IMG/VR virus record: IMGVR_UViG_3300044638_008494 | Coordinates: 32,001-96,000 of that record | DNA from: a virus | Strand: one strand, 5' to 3' | DNA length: 64,000 bases | Part shown: positions 1-7,721 of the stretch, one piece after another | Layout of the letters: each line of letters opens with the position of its first letter | Position numbering within the stretch: the stretch's first letter is position 1 | Notes under the pieces: generated by a model | Database searches by the model: none | What the model was told of the DNA's origin: nothing | What the model saw: the letters and a program-made list of their open reading frames with translations, nothing else | Translations under genes and position numbers: made by a program

Positions 1-73
1 TGACAATCCATAATTCTTGCCCCCATCCTTTTTGAACAACCCTATCTAACGGTCTTATTTTTATTTGTTTCAT
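1..73 (-). CDS. Cupin-fold (mannose-6-phosphate isomerase-like) protein, 5' part only (runs off the window)
   Basis: Not in the ORF track. My translation from ATG at 73 is MKQIKIRPLDRVVQKGWGQELWIV. The VxKGWGxExWI start is typical of small phage cupins. The start overlaps the stop of 70..459 (ATGA). Confidence 0.6.
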   Translation of the reverse strand, partial: MKQIKIRPLDRVVQKGWGQELWIV

Positions 74-459
74 GTTGTTATTTTTAATCCGGTTTTATTT
101 TCAAGCTTTTTAATTCTTTCTTTTCTTTCTTTTTTAATAACATCAGGATGTTTCGCGCCCTTCCTTTTGCCAGAGTAGTCTTTGTAATACTTCTGCTTGA
201 TTGGGTCATTAAAGCCACCACGCTTGTCGCTTAATTCTTTAGAATAATCTTGTATGTCTCCTATAGTTCCGCGCATTTTTCCAGTTTTTTCGATAAATGC
301 TGTTTCAGAAGATATTTGAGTATCTATTGATGCATTTGGAGCATAAAATATTCTTCTTAATTTTTTTCCATTATGATAATATTCATGAACATCATTCATA
401 CCTTGAACTACATCATGAACTTCGCCACTATCATCATCAATGTAAGAATATATTGGCAT
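70..459 (-). CDS. FmdB-like small protein (degenerate zinc ribbon)
   Basis: N-terminus MPIYSY...SGEVHDVVQGMND resembles the FmdB-type MPIYEYxCxxCG start but has no cysteines; basic C-terminus. Confidence 0.5.
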   Translation of the reverse strand: MPIYSYIDDDSGEVHDVVQGMNDVHEYYHNGKKLRRIFYAPNASIDTQISSETAFIEKTGKMRGTIGDIQDYSKELSDKRGGFNDPIKQKYYKDYSGKRKGAKHPDVIKKERKERIKKLENKTGLKITT

Positions 460-680
460 TACTTATAGTCTTTACTATTTCTTATAACTTCATGTTTTGG
501 AGTAATTCTTCTCCAAGAGCCATCTGGCATAATTTTGTAAGATCTATCAGAATGCTTGATAATATTTCCAGAGTTTTCTTTCAAGAAATCATTCCTAGTA
601 TGATCAGCAAGTTTTTGTTTTAGCTCTTCTTTATACTTATTGTATTTTTGAATTTCTTTATTTTTGCTTTTTGATCCCAT
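459..680 (-). CDS. Hypothetical basic protein
   Basis: 73-aa ORF tightly packed in the minus-strand operon. Confidence 0.6.
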   Translation of the reverse strand: MGSKSKNKEIQKYNKYKEELKQKLADHTRNDFLKENSGNIIKHSDRSYKIMPDGSWRRITPKHEVIRNSKDYK

Positions 681-681
681 A

Positions 682-1758
682 TTATTTAATATTTTCTAGT
701 ATTAGATTGGTTGTTTTTTCCCATGTAAACTGTTCTTGTAGTTTCAAGCCAGCTTTATTTACTGGGTTGGATTTTGCTTTTTCAATAGCAACATCACATG
801 CATCTAAAAATTCATCTACCGAGAAATCAAAAATATTTCCTTGATTAAAGGGCTGCCCTTCTCTGAAGAACATATTGTCATAGGCTGGCGTCTTTCCGTT
901 TGGAGTTATACAAATGGTATTTTCATCAGTCATCCATTCTTTATAACCATGAGCTTTTAATCCAATGCAATGCTTTCCAAGGGCAACAGATGTAAATTCT
1001 GGTAGCCCCCATGTCTCTCCACCAGACATTGCTATCATAACGTGATTGGCATTTAAGAATTTATTATAATCTTCTTGCTTTTCCATCCATGGCAAAAAGT
1101 TTATATTGAAGAATCTCTTACCTTCAAGAGCCTGACCAATCATTGCGCTTTGATCTTCTTGTTTGAGAAAATTGTTATAAATAGCACAGTTTAAAAATAC
1201 ATCATGTCGATTGCCATATTTTTTTGCCCAAGCGTTTAATATTTTTAGATGGTGTTTTCTTTTTTCTAGCTTACCTGCTAGGCCAAAACAAATTCTATTA
1301 TCGGGATAATTAACATTGCTTACACTAAATGAGCTTGCATCGAATCCTAATGGAATAGTTTTGCATTTGATATCAAAGCTAGAAAACAAATCCGTATAAT
1401 GACTAGATGGAACAAAAACCATTTCTTGATTTTTTAATATATTAAGCTCTCTGGATGTCGGACTATCAAGTTCATAGAACGTATACAAATATTGCTTTTC
1501 AGAATAACTTTCCATACTTCCCATAATATGCCAAAGCTTGACAACTGGGGTATTTCTTGAGTGCAACTCTTCAGCCTTTATTGAATTTTCAACAATCCAT
1601 TTTACAAAACCCTGCTCTTTTTCAAGCATGCTATGGTCTGGCTGGCCAATATGAAAAATGTTTGGCTTTATATCTTTTTTATAGATTTCTCTGGCAATAT
1701 TATTTGAGCATTGCCCCAAACTTGTTTTGTTAAATGGAAAATGTAAAGAAAATTTCAT
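682..1758 (-). CDS. Glycosyltransferase, GT-B fold (GT4-like)
   Basis: GKLEKRKHHLKILNAW, GETWGLPEFTSVALGKHCIG (cf. EGFGLPxLEAMAxGKPVI) and C-terminal FTWE motifs. Confidence 0.85.
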   Translation of the reverse strand: MKFSLHFPFNKTSLGQCSNNIAREIYKKDIKPNIFHIGQPDHSMLEKEQGFVKWIVENSIKAEELHSRNTPVVKLWHIMGSMESYSEKQYLYTFYELDSPTSRELNILKNQEMVFVPSSHYTDLFSSFDIKCKTIPLGFDASSFSVSNVNYPDNRICFGLAGKLEKRKHHLKILNAWAKKYGNRHDVFLNCAIYNNFLKQEDQSAMIGQALEGKRFFNINFLPWMEKQEDYNKFLNANHVMIAMSGGETWGLPEFTSVALGKHCIGLKAHGYKEWMTDENTICITPNGKTPAYDNMFFREGQPFNQGNIFDFSVDEFLDACDVAIEKAKSNPVNKAGLKLQEQFTWEKTTNLILENIK

Positions 1759-1763
1759 AAACG

Positions 1764-1792
1764 ATAATATGCTTTGTATAAAAAAAATCTAA
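1764..1792 (-). promoter_or_regulatory. Putative sigma70-type promoter, probably leaderless
   Basis: TTAGAT-N17-TATTAT, then CGTTT and the ATG at 1758. Confidence 0.4.
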
Positions 1793-1821
1793 AAAAAAAT
1801 AGGCCCAAAAGGGCCTATTTT
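1791..1821 (-). terminator. Rho-independent terminator after the SSB-like gene
   Basis: Inverted repeat AAAATAGGCCC-AAAA-GGGCCTATTTT, with a T-run downstream on the minus strand. Confidence 0.8.
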
Positions 1822-1840
1822 CATTAATTTACAACAATAA

Positions 1841-2134
1841 TCAAAACGGAATATCGTCGTTGTTAGACTCAACCTCATCATTTTGAGGTTTAGATGCCTT
1901 GCCTCCACCATCTTTTGCTGAAGAAGGTTTTAATGCCTCTTCTAGCTCAGAAAGAACTAGCCTATAATCTGGTTGATTTGGCTTTGTCTTATTATTCTTG
2001 AAGATAAATGCAGTATAATCATTACTGCCTATCTTTACCTTTCCAGATAGAAAGGTCTTTCCATTTTTTTCTTTTTTCCAGAAAGCTCCAATATCGGTTA
2101 GATCAGAGTTTCTATTTTCTGTATTTGTGCTCAT
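1841..2134 (-). CDS. DUF736-like single-stranded DNA-binding protein
   Basis: IGAFWKK...GKTFLSGKV...NQPDYRL core and an SSB-type acidic tail ending DDIPF. Confidence 0.75.
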   Translation of the reverse strand: MSTNTENRNSDLTDIGAFWKKEKNGKTFLSGKVKIGSNDYTAFIFKNNKTKPNQPDYRLVLSELEEALKPSSAKDGGGKASKPQNDEVESNNDDIPF

Positions 2135-2137
2135 AAA

Positions 2138-2743
2138 TTATAATATATCCATTGTTGTTGATGATTTCAATTTATTTCTTAAAAAGTCTATAAATTTATC
2201 ATGCCAGTTTACGACTGTTTGCGTAGATACTCCAAAATGGTCTGCTATTTGTTTGAATGTTTTTACTTTTTGTCCGCTGGAAAAATATCTCATTTTAATT
2301 ACTTCTTTTGCTGTTTCATCAGATGACAGATCTATAATGTCTTCGATATATTGAAGTATCTCCTTGTCTTTTTGGATGAGATCATTCTGTGCGGCAAAAT
2401 GATTGTCAGTTAAATAGTTTAGGATATCATCATTTAAATTTGTGTATTTCTTATTAGCATTGCATGCGTTTAGGCATGCGTATGTAATAACGTTACCGAG
2501 CCATGTAGAAAATTTTGTCCCACAAGAAGGATCGAATGTTTTTGCTGCATGGTAAATTAAAGAGTCTTTTTGCTCTTCTACATCCCTAGCGATTGTAGAA
2601 GTATTGTTGTAAAAATACTTATTATATATCTTGTAACAAATACCTGAATGTCTAGATATTAGCACGTTTAGCGCATCTGAGTTTTCATCTGATTTTACCT
2701 TAGTTATCAATTCTTGATCGTCTATAAATTTATCTGTTTCCAT
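2138..2743 (-). CDS. Sigma-70 family RNA polymerase sigma factor
   Basis: Region 2 AAKTFDPSCGTKFSTW (cf. AVEKFDPxRGxKFSTY); region 4 HTH KTFKQIADHFGVSTQTV. Confidence 0.85.
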   Translation of the reverse strand: METDKFIDDQELITKVKSDENSDALNVLISRHSGICYKIYNKYFYNNTSTIARDVEEQKDSLIYHAAKTFDPSCGTKFSTWLGNVITYACLNACNANKKYTNLNDDILNYLTDNHFAAQNDLIQKDKEILQYIEDIIDLSSDETAKEVIKMRYFSSGQKVKTFKQIADHFGVSTQTVVNWHDKFIDFLRNKLKSSTTMDIL

Positions 2744-2790
2744 AAGTTGATGTTATACAATATTTTATTCTGAGTCTATTTAAAAAATAT

Positions 2791-2823
2791 AAAAACGCAA
2801 AGCGTTTTTGCGGCTTTGCCGCA
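2791..2823. other. Two abutting hairpins with GC-AAA-GC triloops on opposite strands, in a divergent intergenic region
   Basis: AAAAACGC-AAA-GCGTTTTT (2791-2809) and TGCGGC-TTT-GCCGCA (2809-2823); a T-rich run follows the hairpin pair on each strand. Confidence 0.7.
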
Positions 2824-2866
2824 TTCTTTTTTCTCAATAAACATTATTTATTAATAACATGTTTTT

Positions 2867-2895
2867 TTAGAAAAGTCAATATTATTTTATATAAT
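2867..2895 (+). promoter_or_regulatory. Putative sigma70-type promoter, probably leaderless
   Basis: TTAGAA-N17-TATAAT, then CGGAT and the ATG at 2901. Confidence 0.45.
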
Positions 2896-2900
2896 CGGAT

Positions 2901-3266
2901 ATGTTAGAAAATATAGTAATCACCTGCTTTGTAATATCCATTATACAGTATTATATGTATATGACAAATGTAATTTGGGAATATTTAAACTTGTTATCGA
3001 AAATTATAAAAATTCCTAAATTTTTTGAAGGCACAATGCTTATTAGCGCTGCAAAGCTAGAGCCAAATTATTTAATGTTTATTAATTCAGTATATAATAA
3101 CTTTTTTACAAAATTAATTTCATGCCCTATATGTACAGGGTTTTGGATGTCTGTTATTGCATCATTATTGCTTGGTAATATACTTTTATTCGGGCCAATA
3201 GCTTACGTATCATTATGTCTTTATTTTTCAATAAAACTTTTGACAAATAGATCCTATAGAATATAA
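2901..3266 (+). CDS. Small membrane protein, DUF1360-like
   Basis: Hydrophobic helices and LISCPICTGFW (CPxCxGxW) motif. Confidence 0.6.
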   Translation: MLENIVITCFVISIIQYYMYMTNVIWEYLNLLSKIIKIPKFFEGTMLISAAKLEPNYLMFINSVYNNFFTKLISCPICTGFWMSVIASLLLGNILLFGPIAYVSLCLYFSIKLLTNRSYRI

Positions 3267-3267
3267 T
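3240..3267 (+). promoter_or_regulatory. Consensus sigma70 promoter, probably leaderless
   Basis: TTGACA (3240-3245)-N16-TATAAT (3262-3267), 5 nt before the ATG at 3273. Confidence 0.75.
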
Positions 3268-3272
3268 CGTTC

Positions 3273-3755
3273 ATGCAAAAATCTTTATCTTTTTACAAGC
3301 CAAATAGCTACAATAAAGGATCTGCTGGTCAGTTCCAATATGGAGCAAAAGACGGCGATTTTGGATTATATGTCAGCATAGTTAAACAGGCTGCATGGAA
3401 TACAGATACAAAAAGGGGGTCTTTTTCTGAAAACGCTAAGAATCCATCTAAAAATAAGAAAATAAAACTTAACGCTACAGAAGCTGCGGCTATGTCTAGG
3501 GTTATCTTGTGTGATGTTGACAAGTGGTCTAGCGTTCATAGAAGTGAATCCAAAACAACATCTATAATGTTTTCTCACTATATAAAGGATAATGCCAAAC
3601 TAGGGTATGGATTTTCTATATCAGAAAAGGATGGGGAATCATTCATGCTCAGTTTAAATAATGACGAGGGCTATGTTTTAAAGAATTTTCTTGAAGAATA
3701 TATCAAATTCACATTTAATAAGCAGCAACTTAATACACAACAAGAAAAGTTTTAA
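3273..3755 (+). CDS. Hypothetical protein, possibly Whirly/PC4-like ssDNA-binding
   Basis: LSFYKP...GLYVSIVKQ...KIKLNATE pattern with a similar second half (FMLSLNNDE), resembling the duplicated beta-sheet plus helix of Whirly folds. Confidence 0.4.
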   Translation: MQKSLSFYKPNSYNKGSAGQFQYGAKDGDFGLYVSIVKQAAWNTDTKRGSFSENAKNPSKNKKIKLNATEAAAMSRVILCDVDKWSSVHRSESKTTSIMFSHYIKDNAKLGYGFSISEKDGESFMLSLNNDEGYVLKNFLEEYIKFTFNKQQLNTQQEKF

Positions 3756-5707
3756 TGAGAAAGAAAAGAGTTTTGTTTTTAACTGACTATTCCGGAGTAA
3801 ATACCGGTTTTGGTAAAAATATAAAATTACTATTATCGTATTTATATAAAACCAATAAATACGAATTATTTCACGCCGCATGTGGAGTCGGAGATAATAA
3901 TCCAGAATTTGAACGCTTTCCTTGGAAAACTATTGGAGTCATACCAAATGATCAGGCATTTATTCAAAAAATGCAGCAAGATCAGCATTTCGCTCGAATT
4001 GCCAGCTATGGAGAGCCACAGATAGCAAAGATTGTAGAAGAAACAAAGCCAGATGTGGTATTTGCCATTCAAGATAGTTGGGGGGCGCTATTTGTTGCTG
4101 ACAAGCCATTCTTCAAAAGAATTCCAACAGTTTGCTGGATTACTTTTGATAGCTTGCCATTATTGCAAGATACCATTGATAAAGCAGACAAGATCCAGAA
4201 CTACTGGACATGGTCTGATTTTGCAGAGCATGAATTTCATAGATTGGGATTCAAGCATGTTAAAACGCAATATCCATTAACAAACACTGACCATTTCTAT
4301 CCAATAAGTAACGAAGATAAGTTTAATATTAGAAAAAGGTTTGGAATATCTCAAGATTGCACTATTTTTGGTTTTGTTTTTAGAAATCAATTGCGAAAAT
4401 TAGTTGGCACCTTGATAGCTGGATATGCAGAATTTTTAAAGCATAATCCCGATATGGTAAACAAATCAAAACTACTTCTTCACACCCATTTCGGAGAAGG
4501 ATGGGATATAATGAGATTTGTTAAACAATACAACATACCATTTGAAAATATACTTTGCACATATGTTTGTAAAGAAACAAAACAATATTTTATACATCCG
4601 TATGTAGGCCAAGATGTCGAAAATCCTATTACAAAAAATAAAACTCTCATCACTGCAAACGTTTCAATCGGAGTTACTGATGCTCAATTAAACGAGATTT
4701 ACAACATAATGGATGCATATCTACACCCTGCCACCTCTGGGGCGTGCGAAATTCCTATTGTTGAAGCTGCGCTAACTGAAAAGATAGTATCCACATGTGA
4801 TTATTCTTTTGGGTGGAATGTAGTCAACCATAATAAAGGCTGTATCCCTATGGAGTATTCATTTTACAATGAACCTCCTATGGGATCAAATACGCAGTTT
4901 TTAAAATCTCAACCATTCCCCTCTTCTGTGGCAAAAATAATGAAAAAAATTTGCGAAATGAAAACGCAAAAGAGAAGAGAAATGGAGATGGCGTCTAGAA
5001 AATGGGCTTTAGAAAACTATTCGGTTGATGTAAATGGTAGCAAAATAGAGGCATTTATTGATAGTCAAAATCTTATTGAAGATGAGAATGCATGGCTTGA
5101 TAAAGAAGACAAAAAAATAAATCCAAATGTTCAAATTGAAAATATCCAAGATAACTTGCAATGGATTGTTCAACTTTACAACAAAATATTAGATGCTCAT
5201 CCTGATAATAATGATGACGGCGTAAAACATTGGATGACTCAATTGGAAAGGGGCATGCCTAGAGAAAATATAGAAAAATATTTTAGAGATATTGCCAATA
5301 AGGACATGCAAAAAGAAGAGAAATCTTCTTCCTTAGAAGATCTGTTTGATAAAGATGATAAGGCAAACAAATTGAAAAGATTGCTAATAGTTCAGCCGCA
5401 AAGTGCTGGTGACATATTTTTAGTAACGGCACTTTTGGAATCCTTGAGATTAAAATTTCAATCAGATAAGTGGAAAATTTACTTTGCGTGTGACCCAAAA
5501 TTTGCAGATATTTTATTCGGAAATCAAAATATAGACAAAATTATCCCATATCATCAAATTATGGATAATCAAATTGCAATGGAGGGTCACGGCGATCATC
5601 TTGGTTATGTTGATATATGTTTAAATCCATATTTTTCAACACAAAGACTTTTAAATTATACCCACAATGGATATAGTATTTGTCAATTTGATAATAAACT
5701 TAATTAA
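3755..5707 (+). CDS. Multidomain glycosyltransferase: GT4-like + DUF4214-like + GT9 N-terminal half
   Basis: TGFGK, RNQLRK, MDAYLHPATSGACEIPIVEAA (GT4); LYNKILDAHPD..DGVKHWMTQLERG (DUF4214-like); QSAGDIFLVTALLESL...ILFGNQNIDKII (GT9 N-domain). Confidence 0.8.
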   Translation: MRKKRVLFLTDYSGVNTGFGKNIKLLLSYLYKTNKYELFHAACGVGDNNPEFERFPWKTIGVIPNDQAFIQKMQQDQHFARIASYGEPQIAKIVEETKPDVVFAIQDSWGALFVADKPFFKRIPTVCWITFDSLPLLQDTIDKADKIQNYWTWSDFAEHEFHRLGFKHVKTQYPLTNTDHFYPISNEDKFNIRKRFGISQDCTIFGFVFRNQLRKLVGTLIAGYAEFLKHNPDMVNKSKLLLHTHFGEGWDIMRFVKQYNIPFENILCTYVCKETKQYFIHPYVGQDVENPITKNKTLITANVSIGVTDAQLNEIYNIMDAYLHPATSGACEIPIVEAALTEKIVSTCDYSFGWNVVNHNKGCIPMEYSFYNEPPMGSNTQFLKSQPFPSSVAKIMKKICEMKTQKRREMEMASRKWALENYSVDVNGSKIEAFIDSQNLIEDENAWLDKEDKKINPNVQIENIQDNLQWIVQLYNKILDAHPDNNDDGVKHWMTQLERGMPRENIEKYFRDIANKDMQKEEKSSSLEDLFDKDDKANKLKRLLIVQPQSAGDIFLVTALLESLRLKFQSDKWKIYFACDPKFADILFGNQNIDKIIPYHQIMDNQIAMEGHGDHLGYVDICLNPYFSTQRLLNYTHNGYSICQFDNKLN

Positions 5708-5710
5708 AAT

Positions 5711-6943
5711 ATGTCACACTTGCTTGAATCATACAGCCTTCAAACTGGGGCAAAAATTTCTAAACCCTTCATAGTTAAAAATTTTTACCCTACTCCAGAA
5801 AAATATATAACAATTCATAATTCTAGCGGAATGGGGGCAAAAAATTATGATTATTTTCAAGAAGTAATTGATCATTTGATTCCATTCTTAAAAAAGAAGG
5901 GCATTGATGTGGTGCAAATTGGCGGAGAAGAAGATAGGCCAATAAATGGCTGCATCCATATTCAAGGAAAAACAAGCTATCATCAAACTGCATTCGTAAT
6001 ACAAAACTCATTACTCCATATTGGAAATGATAGCTTTCCTGTTCATATAGCATCTGCTGCTGATATTCCTATAATTTCATTATATAGCGTAACACTACCA
6101 TCTATTGCTGGTCCATGCTTTAATTCTAAAGATGTATTTAATGATAAGGTCTTTTGTTTTACGCCAGATTTTAATGGTAAAAAGCCGTCATTCAATCCAA
6201 ATGAAAGTCCCAAATTAATTAATGATATTAAAATAGAAAGCATAGTTGAGGCTGTAGACAAAGTGCTTGATTTGGGTTACAATAAAAAATTAAAAACAAT
6301 TTTTGTTGGAAATAAATATCAAGCGCAGGGTATAGAAATTGTTCCTGATGCTGTTCTAAGTAGTGACTTTGCTAAAGGATCACCTGCATTATTAAGAATA
6401 GACTTATTAAATTCAGAAGTCGATGATGCTATTATTTATCATAATTTGCAAGCAAGAAAGCTTGGGATTAAAATGTCTAATCTAAAAAAAGTGAAAGACT
6501 TGAATGTTATTTATTCAAACAAAAACAATCTTATAGAGATTGTTTTTGATATAGACCATGGATATGACAAAAAGTATCTAGAGCAGTTATCATCAATATA
6601 CCCAAATGTCATAATTTACTATTCTGGTGATGACGATGTTTTTTTCAATAAAACTAAATTAGACCTAATTGACTTGAATTTAAAATTTTTCCGACAAAAA
6701 AATGAAACAGAAAAAATAACTGATTTGCATTTAAAAATACAATCCGCAATAAAAGACGACTTATGGATTCAAACAAATCGATTAATCCTAGCAAAAAATA
6801 AAGTTTATTTATCTGAAGCACATTTAAGAGAAGACAAGCCATCTAATGATAAAAAAATAAAATTAAATAGTTTGACAAATATATCAAATATGTCTATATC
6901 TGATATAGACTTCTTTTTAATCTATCAAGAAAGTAAAAAATAA
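5711..6943 (+). CDS. GT9 (heptosyltransferase-like) C-terminal half plus an unknown domain
   Basis: YITIH..AKNY..VVQIGG..GKTS...IGNDSFPVHIASA (cf. the GT9 DSGxxHxAxA motif). Confidence 0.8.
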   Translation: MSHLLESYSLQTGAKISKPFIVKNFYPTPEKYITIHNSSGMGAKNYDYFQEVIDHLIPFLKKKGIDVVQIGGEEDRPINGCIHIQGKTSYHQTAFVIQNSLLHIGNDSFPVHIASAADIPIISLYSVTLPSIAGPCFNSKDVFNDKVFCFTPDFNGKKPSFNPNESPKLINDIKIESIVEAVDKVLDLGYNKKLKTIFVGNKYQAQGIEIVPDAVLSSDFAKGSPALLRIDLLNSEVDDAIIYHNLQARKLGIKMSNLKKVKDLNVIYSNKNNLIEIVFDIDHGYDKKYLEQLSSIYPNVIIYYSGDDDVFFNKTKLDLIDLNLKFFRQKNETEKITDLHLKIQSAIKDDLWIQTNRLILAKNKVYLSEAHLREDKPSNDKKIKLNSLTNISNMSISDIDFFLIYQESKK

Positions 6944-6944
6944 A

Positions 6945-7721
6945 ATGCCAAAAAATTCATCGAAAACAGAAACCGTTGTAGTAAATTCAAACGAAACCCA
7001 CGAACTTATTCAGGATCAGCCGTTTGGAAGAAACGAAATCGGGCTACTAAATAACATTACATACAAATACAATGATGATGGCACAATTAATTGGAAATCA
7101 ATGGTTAAGCATGAATTTCTTGTCGCAAATAAAGACAAGTTTCCAGCATCAACAGATTTTAGCGCCATTGATGTAACGCAACTTGATGATGGTCAACTCC
7201 TAATTCTTTTAGGAGGAATTAAAGATATCGCCTGTATTAGGGGATTTACAGAAGTTGGCTACGACGTTATAACCGCCAGACAAGATTATGTAGCTGTTAA
7301 ATGTAACATATCTTGGATTCCAAACTACGAAACTGGAATGCTGGCTGTAAAATTCTCTGCGCTTGCAGATGCTCATTTTGAAAATACTAGTGGTTTTGGA
7401 AATAAATTTTTAATGGCAATTGCTGAAAACCGCGCATTTATTCGTGCAGTTCGTAACTTTTTAAGAATTAATATTGTTGGTCAGGATGAAATCGATCCAA
7501 AAAAGAAAAGTGAAATTATTGAAGAGTCCCAGCCAACAAATCCAGCAAATGTTTTAAACAAGGTAATGTCTGAGGTTGGATTAAATTTTGAAACTATAAA
7601 AGCAAAACTAGTTTCTGAAAATGATCAAGAGGCTAGTGAATGGAATAGTATCAATGATGTTCCTAAAAAAAGAATTTTCGAAATAATCGAAAGAATTAAA
7701 AGAAAAAATAAATCTTCTTAA
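6945..7721 (+). CDS. Putative Rad52/Sak-like single-strand annealing protein
   Basis: ADAH...MAIAENRAFIRAVRNFLRINIVGQDEI resembles the AETRAxxRAL...EE core of Rad52-like annealases. Confidence 0.5.
   Translation: MPKNSSKTETVVVNSNETHELIQDQPFGRNEIGLLNNITYKYNDDGTINWKSMVKHEFLVANKDKFPASTDFSAIDVTQLDDGQLLILLGGIKDIACIRGFTEVGYDVITARQDYVAVKCNISWIPNYETGMLAVKFSALADAHFENTSGFGNKFLMAIAENRAFIRAVRNFLRINIVGQDEIDPKKKSEIIEESQPTNPANVLNKVMSEVGLNFETIKAKLVSENDQEASEWNSINDVPKKRIFEIIERIKRKNKSS

Noticed and set aside
6872-6900. Internal sigma70 promoter TTGACA-N17-TATATC before 6945
   Set aside because: The -10 box is weak and lies inside AT-rich coding DNA, so it cannot be distinguished from chance
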